Shown piece after piece: positions 49,585 to 62,393 of a DNA stretch of 64,000 nt (positions are counted from its first letter, which is position 1; every line of letters starts with the position of its first letter). The stretch is from Octopus sinensis (Eukaryota). Under the pieces are notes generated by a model. It was not told the origin of the DNA and did not search any database. It saw nothing but the letters and a program-made list of their open reading frames with translations. A program made the position numbers and the translations under genes. The stretch is from contig NC_043011.1 of the NCBI RefSeq assembly GCF_006345805.1, positions 44,962,464-45,026,463 of the forward strand, given 5' to 3'.

Positions 49585-52500
49585 ATTCCCAATCATGAAG
49601 TCGGCTCTGTCTTAACCTCCAGAACAACTGTTTGAAACTTTTATTTCCTGAGGAGTGGTTGACAAGCAAAGACTATGGTAAGAGGAACAGAGTACAGTTT
49701 CGTTGTCGGTGCAGTGTGTTCTGTCTGTACTCACCACCTTCTTAAGTACAAGATATCTTACTCATACACACATGAAACAAGCAAAAAAAATGAAAAAGAC
49801 TTAAAGTAGTATTATCTACAGGAAATCCTCCTCAATCTTTTATCTCTAACTTGCTTGTCATTTGACTGTGGCCATGCTGGAACACTGCCTTGAAGGGTTT
49901 TTAGTTGAACAACTTCACCCCCACCCCCCCAGGACTTGTTTTTCTTTTTTTTTTTTTTTTTTTGAAGCCTGATACTTATTCTATCAATCTCTTTTGCTGA
50001 ACTACTAAGTTATGTGGATATAAGCACGCTAACACCTCTCCTAATATAAGGGACTACACACATAAATTAGTGATAACTGTAACCCCCACCACCACCTTTA
50101 AAAAAAGCCGACCCCCCCCGCCCTCCCCAGGAAGAATATAATTCACAAATTTTATTAATATTATTAAACTATAAGGTGGTGAGTTGGCAGAATTGTTTGC
50201 ATGCTGGGAAAAATGTTTAATGGCATTCTGAGGTCAAATTCTGCCGAAGTTGACTTCGCCTTTCATCCTTTCAGATTCTATAAGATAAGTACCAGTTATG
50301 CACTGGGGTCGTTGTAATCACCTTATCCCCTCCTCCGAACTTGCTGGCCTTGTGCCAAAATCTGAAGCCATTATTACTAGACTATATAATACCACTACCA
50401 CATGTATGTATGTATGTATCTATGTATGTATATGTTTTGAAAATGTGACCTCGTGTGTACCGTTGGCGATTTTTTTTTCCTCTGTCTTCCCTTCTCTGGA
50501 TCTTTCCTTCTCCTATATTTCCGACAAAGAGCTCCGCTCGAAACGTTAAACCCTCCTTCTTTCCTGAGTGTCCAATTATACTATATTTGTTCCACGTCCT
50601 CGCGTTGTTGTGTTTTTTGTGTTTTCTTGTTTGGATTAACTTTATGTATGTATATACATATGTGTGTGTGTGTATTGTATACATTTATGCTGTGTGTAGG
50701 TGTCTCACAGAATGTTTGTGAAATTAAAAGCTGGACTGCTGACAACATAATGTTCCTATCTTAATATTGTTAGTATAGGCATAGGAGTAACTGTGTGATA
50801 AGTAGCTTGCTTACGAACCACATGGTTCTGGGTTCAGTCGAGTGTCTTCTACTATAGCCTCGGGCCAATCAAAGCCTTATGAGTGGATTTGGTAGTCGAA
50901 AACTGAAAGAAGCCCGTCATATATATGTATGTTTGTGTGTCTGTGTTTGTCTGCCCAAAATCGCTTGACAACCGATGCTGGTGTGTTTACGTCTCCATAA
51001 CTTCATGGTTCAGCAAAAGATACAGATAGAATAAGTACTAGGCTTACAAAGAATAAGTCCTGGGATCGATCTGCTTGACTAAAGGTGGTGCTCCAGCGTG
51101 GCCAGTCAAATGACTGAAACAAGTAAAAGAGTAAAGAGTACTAATCTTGCTACAACCATTGTGTTGTATTTCTGCTCAGACTTCATTTCTAGTCTGCAAC
51201 AGTGGTGGTGGTGGTACATTATCCAACTAGAACAAATCACAGTTGGATCAACTAATTCCTCCTTCTTGGAGGCACATGGCCTAGTGGTTAGAGCAGTGGA
51301 CTCACGGTTGAGGGATCGTGGGTTCGAATCTCAGACCGGGCGATGTGTGTGTTTATGAACGAAAACACCTAAGCTCCATGTGGCTCTGGCAGAAGGTAAT
51401 GACAAACTTCTGCTGATTCTTTCGCTACAACTTTCCCTCACTCTTTCCTCCTGCATCTAGCAGTTCACCTGTGACGGACCGGCGTCCTATCCAGGTGGGG
51501 TACCTGTATGCCAATAAAACTGAGGAAACTGGCCCTCATGAGCCAGGCATGGCTCAAGAAGGAACAAACAGCAACTACAACACTTGGAGGTACATGATTT
51601 AGTGGTTACAATGTTGGACTCATGATAGTAAGATTGTGGTTTCGATTCTTGGACCAGGCAATACTTCCTTTCACATTATTCCAGTCCACTCATTTGGTAA
51701 AAATGAGTAATTCTGCAACAGACCAGTGTCCTATCCAGGGAGCAACATACACACCAGAAAAACTATGCTCCCTACAAAGTAATGTAGGACTTAGACAAAT
51801 ATAGAATATTGGAATTTGGATGGAAACTGGTTTTAAAAAGAACCCAACTAAAAGAAGAGACTGTTGTAGAACCTGAGAGAAAATTTCAGTTAATAAAGAC
51901 TAATACTGTTATTTAGCCCTGAGTCAGACCTGATCTGGTACACCTATGATAAATGTTTCGTTTATCACTATCCCAGTTTCTTTATTTAGACATGGGTGTA
52001 TCTAGGACCACACAGTCTATTGTCCTTTCTTCCTGTTGTTGTTTTTCAACCTCAGCTCATTTCTGATCCAGCAGAAGTGTGAGCAAAAGTGCTACAAGTG
52101 CTACATCCTGTTTTCAGGCTTGGCATTATCTGGGACTACAATAGCCGATATGTCGTTCCTTTCTTTGACCCTTAAAAGGCAGACTTTTATCAATTGATGT
52201 CTCTAAAGTTTTTACATGGATACGGCCATCATCAGAGTAAACTTAATATTTTACAGCACTTTTCGATGAGTCTGTAAATTTTATTGTGTGAGACTAACAA
52301 TTATTATAGTATTTGTACTTATTTGACTCTAGCATTCAGATTTCTCTGTTAAATTTAATGCTTAATTATTCACATTGAAATCTCAAAGCTACAAGGTGGT
52401 ACTGCATGGCTAATTCAAATCAATGGCCTGATTGTTGATTTTTGAAATAATTTTGTAGCAGAAGTGTAAGAGGCCAGATCTGGCCAGTTAGAGAATAAAA

Positions 52501-52754
52501 CAAGTAGGATGTTTTGGCTGGATAAAGCCAGTTTAAATGCTAAAGGGCTTAAAGTGAAAATAAGTATAAAAATTACCCTTAAGAAATATACTTATGTTTC
52601 TGCAGTTTCCATCTATCAATTTCCACTTAAAGCTGTTGGCTAAGTTTACAGTAGAAGACACTTGTCTAAAGTGCTATGGAGAAAGATTGAATCCATGACA
52701 ACATGGTCATGTAATTAAGAAGTTTATATCAGAACCATGCTTGAGGCAAGTACA

Positions 52755-53215
52755 TTGCACCTAACCCAACATATGTCATATCTGCAGATATGCGTTGCAC
52801 CTGCCCCAACACCTGCTGTGCCTGCAGATATGTGCATTGTACCTAACCCAACATATGTCATACTTGCTGATGTGCTTTGCACCTACCCAACATGTCATAC
52901 CTGTTGATGTGCTTTGCAACTACCCCCAACACCTGCTGTTCCTGCAGATGCTATGTGTATTGTACCTAACCCAACATATGCCATACCTGTAGATGCACTT
53001 TGCACCTGTCCCAACACCTGCATTGCACCTCACCCAACATGTCATGTCTGTAGATTTGCTTTGCATCTACTCTAACACATGTTGTGCTTGTGGAGGTTAT
53101 ATACATTTTACCTGCCCCAACACATACTGTACCTGCAGATGTGCATTGTTTCTGCCCCTGCATGCAGGTATGCAACGCACCTGTCCCCACACATACTGTA
53201 CCTACATTGCATCCA
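52755..53215. repeat. Degenerate minisatellite, about 38-42 bp
   Basis: Recurring TTGCACCT(A/G)CCCAACA...CCTGCAGAT(A/G)TG, about 10-11 units. Confidence 0.75.
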
Positions 53216-55989
53216 AATCCAACTCTGACTATCTCTGACTAAATTTTAGAGCTTTGAGACTCACCACTTTGTTTGTGTCCAAGGGAAGGGTGGATGGACA
53301 CTGTTCAACCCAAAGATATGTTCAGGGGCACCAAAAAAACCCTTTATACTATAGCTTAGTTGTCTGGGTTAGAGTAACATTGATTGGGATTTACTGAGAC
53401 TAACGTTTTAGGTGGGTTTTCTTTGTGTATGAGATGGGGTTAGAAGAAAGGGTTAGTGTCTTTGACCTGTGTAGGTCATGGTTCTGGATTGGTGAAATTG
53501 CTGCAGTTAATGACCAGAACTGTTGGTAAAATAGGCGTGGAACAGTCGGATGAGAAGTCTGGCTTAAAATTATGCTTTAGCAAACTTCTTTAGGGATGTC
53601 CAAGAATCAGATGTTAAAAGTCCGGGATATAAGTGTGATATTTTAGTGAGAGGTAGCTGTTATTTCTAGCATGTTGAGCAACAATATGGAGGTTTCTTTG
53701 TCAACTTGAAATTATGATAAAAGTGGACATTATTTTGTTTCAGTCATTTAGATTGTGGCCATGCTGGGTCCACTGCCTTGAAGAATTTTTAGCTGAATGA
53801 ATTTATCTCACAACTTATTCTACTAGATTCTTTTGCCGAACCGCTAGATTTCAGGGACGTAAACGCACCAATACCGGTTGTCAAGTGGTGGTGAGTCAAT
53901 CACACACATACGACGGGCTTTTTGCAGTTTCTACCAAATCCACTTACAAGGCTTTGATCAGCCTCAGGCTATGGTATAAAACACTTGCCCAAGGTGCTAC
54001 GCAGTGAGATTGAACCCAGAATCATGTGGCTGTGGAGCAAGCCTCTTACCACGTTGCCACGCCGGTATATGAATTTATAACCCCTCGAATCGTAACTAGC
54101 TTGGTAAGTGCTAACGCACGAAACTCTCTGCCCTTGAGTCACTGGATTGTTAAACTCGGATTAATGTAATCAACCCCCCACTCCCACCATCACCATACAT
54201 ACCTCGACTTCTTCAAACCCGTAGATGTGACACATTGAGACGGTGCTGTATGAGGTTGTCTCCCATCTCCTGTCGTTCAACGTTGTGCTTTGCTACAGAG
54301 GAGCACGCGGCCACGTCAGCTGTTTGCTCGTGTTTCATCGCTTCCTTTTCTCTCTCTCTCTCTCCTCTCATGTCTCTTGCGTCTACACCACACACACACA
54401 CACACATACACAACAATTACTGTATGGAACCAGACAAAACATGTTACTTCGAACATCAGATAAAACTCCAATGAAATTCCGTGTAGATTGGACCACATCT
54501 GGTACAGAAAGCCCGCGCGTGTGATCCTGTTCTGTACGAACTTTCACTGGTGCATTGTGTGTGGAGGGGTTATCATCTAATACTCCGAGTAACACACTTT
54601 GACTGGTTTCATACCATAATTATATAAAAGATATTTAACTCTGTGTTTTTTTTTTAATATTGAGTATTCATTTCATGATACTCGTTGGACCAGCCCTCTC
54701 TCCAACAAAAGCGTATACTCGCATACATTCTGGATGTGATGCACATACGAGAGAAGAGTACATGAAATTAATAGTATATTCATTCGTTCGAAATTGCTTT
54801 CTTCCCCGGCCACTTTATGTACAACCTTTCGGGTGGTGACAAACAAGATTGTACGTAGCGAGCGAATAAAACTCTGAGTAACCACGGAGTGACCCTCCCC
54901 TCTCCGAACACACACACACATACTAGAGCATTTGTTAAAATTATCCCTAATGTCTTTTTGTGCTCATTACGAGATTTATGGTATACTCTGTATAAGTATA
55001 TCTTGGTTCAACACTATATACGTACATCTATACTCCACCTGTTACAATACTCACTTTCAGCTCATCTATTCTTGATTTAATATTCTATATAAGTGCAGGC
55101 GGGGCTGTGTAGTAAGAAGCTTGCTACCCAACCACATGGTTCCGGGTTCAGTCCCTCTGCGTGGCACACTATGTACCAGGGCGTCTTAATGTATATATAT
55201 GGATGGATGGGTCTTTGTGTGTGTCTTTAGGTTTGTGTTTGTCCCCCACCAAAGAAGGGAGGGCATTACAAGGATAAACACAGTGAGGTGGGGCGGTGAG
55301 GCCATTATACTATCAGTGTGGCTATGGTAAGAAGTTTGCTTACCAACCACATGGTTCTAGGTTCAATCCCACTGCGTGGCACCTTGGGCAAGTGTCTTCT
55401 ACTATAGTCTCAGGCCCACCAAAGCTTTGTACGTGTATTTGGTAGACGGAAACGGAAAGAAGCCTGTCGTGTGTGTGTGTGTGTGTGTGTGTCCCACCGC
55501 TTCTTAACAACCGGTGTGTATGTCTCTGTAAATTAGCGGTTCGACAAATGAAACCGATAGGATAAGTACCGGGTTTTTAAAAGAAAAAAAAAAGGACTGG
55601 GATCGTTTCTGCCGAAGGCGGTGCCCCAGCGTAGCCGCGGTCTAACGACAAAGAAAGGATAAATTCACAACTTCCTTTCTTCCAACCACCTCTGTAAAAC
55701 CTCAGACTCGGGCCCCCCCCCCCTGCCACCCAGGGGTGGTTGATGTAACCTCTGTGCCATGTCACCCGTGTCACACCACGGTGGTTCACTTAAGTCTTTT
55801 TTTTTTACAATCAGGGACATTTATAGAAACGACTCCGCTACCTACTTGTCGATCCACCCGTTTCTAGTCGCATCCCCCCCCCCATCATCTCATCCCTCGC
55901 CACCCCAACACGCCGATATATATGGGGGCGGGTGTGCTCGATTCATTATCGATCTCTTTCAACTGTGAAAGAAAGAGGTGCGTTAATAT

Positions 55990-56549
55990 TGATGCGTTAT
56001 GTATGTTCGTGTCATGTGTGTATATATGTATGTGTGTGTATATATATATATGTATGTATGTATGTATATATATATATATGTATATACATGTGTATATGTA
56101 TGTGTGTGTATATATATATATGTATGTATGTATATATATGTATGTATATACATGTGTATATGTATGTGTGTGTATATATATATGTATGTGTGTGTATATA
56201 TATATGTATGTGTGTATATATATATATATATGTATATACATGTGTATATGTATGTGTGTGTATATATATATGTATGTATGTATATATATATGTATATACA
56301 TGTGTATATGTATGTATGTATATATATATGTATATACATGTGTATATGTATGTATGTATATATATATGTATATACATGTGTATATGTATGTATATATATA
56401 TGTATATACATGTGTATATGTATGTGTGTGTATATATATATGTATGTATGTATGTATATATATATATGTATATACATGTGTACATGTGTATATGTATGTG
56501 TGTGTATATATATATGTATGTATTATATATATATATGTATATACATGTG

Positions 56550-56581
<32 letters not shown>

Positions 56582-56740
56582 TGTGTATATATATATATAT
56601 GTATGTATACTCACGAGTTATGTATGTATGTATATATATATATGTATGTATACTCACGAGTTATGTATGTATGTATATATATATATGTATATACATGTGT
56701 ATATGTATGTATATTCACGGGTTATGTATGTATGCACTTC
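55990..56740. repeat. Compound TA/TG microsatellite array
   Basis: Unit approximately TATATACATGTGTATATGTATG(TG)n(TA)n. Confidence 0.95.
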
Positions 56741-56952
56741 TGAATTATGTATATTATACACACATTTGTATTTTGGGTTTCGTTCAGCCACCACGGCAAA
56801 GGCCACGCTGGAGCATGTTATAAAAATAAATAACCGCGTGCGCGCGCGCGCGTATGTGTTGACTTTTTTTACCGAACGGGAGAATAAGTACTCAATACTG
56901 TGATTGTGTGTTTTGTAGCCGGACACCGAGGACTGAACTCGGTTTAATTAAA

Positions 56953-56991
<39 letters not shown>

Positions 56992-58006
56992 TGTGAGAGA
57001 GAGGTATATACTTATATACATACACGTTATATATACGCACCATTGGTTTTTAGTGTGTCCGAAATAAATTCCTTCTTCGTGAGATCACCCTGCACAAGGT
57101 GGTGGGATGGTTTGGCTTGTAGGTTATCAATGGGACTAACGTGGTGACCTGCTACTACTAATTTACTGACTACGTAGTTTTATTTCACAATAAAACCGTC
57201 ACAACCGGCAGTCTCTGATATTTATTTTTTTTTACTGGGATAGTCAAGGAAACGCACGCACACACACACACACACATATATACGCACGCATATATATACA
57301 TGTATGTGTGTGTGTTTGTGGTGTTAAAACCATCTGTTGTACTACGCACACACATATACGTACATTTATTGTAAAAGTGAGAGAGAGAGCTTGTTTAGTG
57401 TCGGTAGTGGTATTAGTGTTAGTATTGCTGCTGCTGTTGTTGTTGTTGTTGTGTGTGTTTTATACTTTCAGTTGGTCTGTTGTACAACATGGATTTATAC
57501 GTATATATATGATTATACCAGACGACAGTGAGATACAGAAGATAAGATATAACACATATACATATACCACATGTACGTGTCTAGGGTAAAATAGATACAT
57601 ATATACACGCACACACTTTTATAGGTTATATGATTCTGTAAGCAATAATTAGATATGGATGGTCGTATAATACAAAACCGACAGCGGTAACTAATATAAT
57701 ATAATATAATATTATATATATATATATAAGTACGTGTGTATAAATATAAGCACATGGTATGTACACACATGCGTGTGTACCGTTGAATGATAAACATGCA
57801 TAAAGATACGTACATATGTGAACGTGTATATAATATGCAGATACTTTAAAGAAGGGCAAACACACAAACACACAACCATACATGTATATATGTATATAGG
57901 TGGATATATGTGTATTTATAACGCAAAGAAGGCATCATTATTAAAAAAAAAAAAACAGAAGAAATTGTAATTAAGTATAATAATTAGTGTGGTTATAATT
58001 AGCAGG

Positions 58007-58249
58007 ATGGCTGCGGGGTCGGGGGACAAAACGAAAATACTGAGTGAGAAACACAATGGTAACTCGATGGAGGATTACGAGACGATAGAAGGACACGCCG
58101 AAGGACCACCAACTGTTAATGTGTTTAAGGACGACGTGGAGTTCTCCCATTTAGTTCGGGACTCGGAAACGGCCATCGAATGCGGGGTTCATCCCGAACT
58201 TAGTTCGAAGGGCAGCAGTGGATGTTACTTCATAAGGAATGTAGAAGGT
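58007..58249 (+). CDS. PI4K2: PI4K type II-like first coding exon, second copy (exon 1B), 81 codons
   Basis: ATG at 58007. Translation ends ...NVFKDDVEFSHLVRDSETAIECGVHPELSSKGSSGCYFIRNVEG, which aligns to exon 1A (F..DD.EF...R..E.AI..G..PE...GSSG.YF). Phase-0 donor GGT|GTAAGT at 58250 at the homologous position. No stop or frameshift. Confidence 0.85.
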
Positions 58250-58809
58250 GTAAGTTCATCTCTCTCTCTCTCTTTCTCCAATCCTTTGGTCAGTTCTAAT
58301 CGAGCTGACATATGACTAAAAAACATGCCGGCCATGGCCATCCCTGTTTTTTTTTTGTATATCCAATAGCTTCATTGTCTAATATATGTATTTTTTATTT
58401 ATTTATTTAAAACTGCAGTAGTGATTTGAATGACATTTGGCTGTTATGCCTAGCAGACTGAGTGTCTACCAAGAGGTGTGTGTACACATATGTACATACT
58501 TATATAACGTACGTTTGTATACGTGTGCAAAACGAAAACTATTTTTTTTTCTCCTTTTGTGTTAGTGAACACCACCTAACCATGCTCCAATGGTATATTA
58601 CATAGCTTTTTTTTAAATGTTAGTTGAGTACAATACAAGGATGGCTGTTAAAAAAAAAAAAATGAGTACTTGTCGGGAATTGAACCTACGAGAGGTCTTA
58701 CCACGTACACAGCGCCAAGGAATCAGTTTGTCTGTTTCATCAACCCCTGCCTTGTGAAACTCATCATTCCCCCTACACACCCCTTGTTTGTTTGTTTTTC
58801 AGATAGACT

Positions 58810-59125
58810 CTTAATTTCTGGGTACTCTTAGTCTTTCAGTAACATAAATTAATTTTAGTTCTCTTAATTTCCTCAGTTAAAGGAGTTTACACCGTAAATT
58901 GGAATTTAAAAAAAAATTTTTTTCCATAGTTAAAATACAAGTTTGCTCTGTAAATTGGATTTCTTAATTTCCACACTTGAAATACATATTTATCCTGTAA
59001 ACCGGTTTCTGGTACATATATCGAAGGTTCGCCGTTTCTTAATTTCCATGGTTAAGATACATATTTGTTCCGTAAATCTTTTTTCTTAATTTCCACAGTT
59101 AAAATACGTGTTTACTCTGTATAAA
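58810..59125. repeat. Degenerate minisatellite, about 45-50 bp
   Basis: Recurring TCTTAATTTCCAyAGTTAAAATACA..TTT..TC(C/T)GTAAA. Confidence 0.6.
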
Positions 59126-60493
59126 CACATCTCGCCCCTTTTTTTTTTGTAGGGTGTGTGTCAGTAATCTACAAAAACAACTAGAAATGGCAGCCAGTTG
59201 CCCTTCAAATTACGCCAGTTTTTTTTTTAAAAAAACAAGATGTAAAAGTAACCACATTATGTAGTCCTAAAACCTTAAAGACTGGATGGTCATGGTTGAA
59301 AAAAAACCTTTTAGGTCCTACGTCTACATGTACTGACCTAATAAACAAAACTACACTCATTTGAACCCTGAGCACAACTTAGATTTCAAAAAACTGATGT
59401 TTCTTAAGATGCTTGTTTATTTGTTAAAATTGTCGTCATATAGTCTTTTTGTTTTTCGTTTTTATGACAGAAATAACATGCAAATTTAATTAAAACATTA
59501 AATATTTATTCAGCTCTGACGAGAATTAGTGATCAGATAAAATCTATTTTACCAACAGCTTGACTAAATGTTTGTTAATCGTTATCATCAATTAGTCTAT
59601 TTCTGAAGAAGACAACCACTCTGCTATGGTTCTGCTCCAGTTAGGTTATTGTAACCTTTGTTATTCTTCTTCTTCACATGGAGATTTCTGGTTTGTAAAC
59701 CAATTAAAATGCTAAGTCTAGCTCAGCTATCAAACAAAAGTGGGTTGGATGGGTAAACTATACATTGGTGCCCCCTTGAATTTGTGTCCTTATTATGACT
59801 ATATTACAAAAATGCCTATTTTGGGATCATTTTAAAATTACTCCAACCACTTGGAATAATCTAAATTTTCGCCAGATTTTAAAAAAAAATTTCATACACT
59901 GATTTCAGTTTTGCTTGCTGGTGGTGACAAAAATTGCATTGATTCATTTTTTTTGTTCTTTTTTTTTTTTTTTACTATAAATGAATATTTAAAAAGTTAC
60001 ATGCATTTGAAATTATGTAATTTTAGCCAATCAGCAATGGAGGGGGGTCTGATTGGTAAATAACTTAAGATTTTCTTAGTATTGTCTTAGTCTTTTTCTT
60101 AATGTGTGTTTGTGTGTTTGTCCCCCCCCCCAAACATCGCTTGACAACAAATAAAAAGAAAAGAATATATATATATATATATATATATGAATGCATATAA
60201 ATTATTAATGTACTTGCAAGAGATCTTGTGAGGTTGTGTTTACGTCGCCATAACCTAGCGGTTCAGCAAAAGAGACCGATGGAATAAGTTACTAGGCTTA
60301 CAAAGAGAATAAGTCCTGGGGGGGTCGATTTCTTCGACTAAAGGCAAGTGCTCCAGCATGGCCGCCGTCAAGTGACTGAAACAAGTAAAGAGTTATCAAC
60401 ATGCAAAACTACATCCGTGTGGAAAATTTGAAATGTTTCAGCTGGTCAGACTCAGCTGAGCTATATTTCTTGAGTGTGAATATTATGGTTATA

Positions 60494-60890
60494 CTCTTTT
60501 ACTTGTTTCAGTCATTTTGACTGCGGCCCATGCTGGAGCACCGCCTTTAGTCGAGCAAATCGACCCCGGGACTTATTCTTTGTTAGCCCAGTACTTATTC
60601 TATCGGTCTCTTTTGCCGAACCGCCAAGTGACAGCGACATAAACACACCAGCATCGGTTGTCAAGCAATACTAGGGGGACAAACACAGACACACAAACAT
60701 ACACATATATATATATATATATATATACATATATACGACAGGCTTCTTTTAGTTTCCGTCTACCAAATCCACTCAGAAGGCATTGGTCGGCCCGGGGCTA
60801 TAGCAGAAGACACTTGCCCAAGATGCCACGCAGTGGGACTGAACCCTGAACCATGTGTTTGGTTAGCAAGCTACTTACCACACAGCCACG
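60494..60890 (-). mobile_element. SINE family A, full length
   Basis: Reverse complement of the family A consensus; tail-to-tail with a + strand half copy at 60090-60392. Confidence 0.88.
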
Positions 60891-61934
60891 TTGATAAGAT
60901 TTAGAAAATAAAAGTTCTTTTTTTTTTTTTGCTCCATCTGCCCTCATTTTGTTGTCACTCACCAACTTCTGCAACTTCAGCACTTTTCGTTTTTCCAGAT
61001 TTCTGTGTTTGAAATATCAGTACAGGCACAGCTGTGTGGTTAAGAAGCTCGCTTATAAAAAACCATGTGGCCTTCGGCTCAGTCCCACTGCATGGCACTT
61101 TGGGCAAGCGTCTTCCACTATAGCCCTAGGCTGACTAGAGCCTTGAGAGTGGACTTGGTCGGCGTATTTTCTCCTGCCACTTGACGGTGTTGGTTTGTTT
61201 ACGTCTCCATAAATTAGCAGTTTGGCAAAAGATACCAGTAACATAAGTACCAAACTTTAAAATAAGTACTGTGGGTACTGGGGTTGATTTGTTTCACTAA
61301 AATCCCTTTGAGGCACTACCCCAGCGTGGCCACAGTCCAATGACTGAAACAAAAGATAATAGATTATGCAATTTACACCCTCGGAAACATTTCTTCGAAA
61401 TATCATTAAAAAATTGTGCATACCATATAAGGGAAAAGGAAACAGTCTTTGGTGAGGCATCAATCTGTAGTTATGCTAATTTATTTCCAATGTGTCCCCC
61501 CAAATCTATGGATACCATAGAACTGTCAGTAGTCCTGTTTTTTTTTTTTTCTTTTCACTAATTTGAGTTCAAATCTAACAGTGGTGCGGGCATGGCTGTG
61601 TGGTAAGAAGTGTGTTCCCAACCACCTGGTGTTTCAGGTTCAGTTCCACTGCATGACACCTTTGACAAATGTCTTCTACTCTAGCCCTGGGTTGCTCAAA
61701 ATCTTGTGAGCGGATTTGGGAGATGGACACTGAAAGAAGCCCATTGTATGTATATAATGAAGAAAAAATAGGATAATTATCCCCTTATACAGCTTAACTA
61801 ATTAGCGCTCTAATATAAAAAAAAGAGAATAAATAAAAACAAAAAAAGAGAATAAATTTCAGAAGACAGTGTTCTTAGTCACTCGATATATTTCACAGCA
61901 TCGGAATACTTCACAGCATACATAGGTGCACTCA

Positions 61935-62089
61935 GGAGTGGCTGTGTGGTAAGTAGTTTGCTTGCCAACCACATGGTTCCAGGTTCAGTCCCACTGCGTG
62001 GCACCTTGGGCAGGTGCTTTCTACTATAGCCTCGGGCTGACCAAAGCCTTGAGTGGATTTGGTAGACGGAAACTGAAAGAAGCCCATCG

Positions 62090-62127
<38 letters not shown>

Positions 62128-62334
62128 ATATGTGTGTGTGTGTCTTTGTCCCCACAACATTACTTGACAACCGATGCTGGTGTGTTTACGTCCCCGTCAC
62201 TTAGCGGTTCGGCAAGAGAGACCGATAGAATAAGTACTAGGCTTACAAAGTATAAGTCCTGGGGTTGATTCGCTCAACTAAAGGTGGTGCTCCAGCATGG
62301 CCGCAGTCAAATGACTGAAACAAATAAAAAGAAA

Positions 62335-62335
<1 letters not shown>
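61935..62335 (+). mobile_element. SINE family A, full length
   Basis: GGAGTGGCTGTGTGGTAAGTAG head through to the GACTGAAACAAATAAAAAG tail. Confidence 0.88.

Positions 62336-62393
<58 letters not shown>

Noticed and set aside
55885-56903. Long ORFs of 138-323 aa (also at 17674-18204, 25152-25857, 48660-49024 and 4-649)
   Set aside because: They are translations of stop-free microsatellites (YI/CV/HT/ER/LS repeats).
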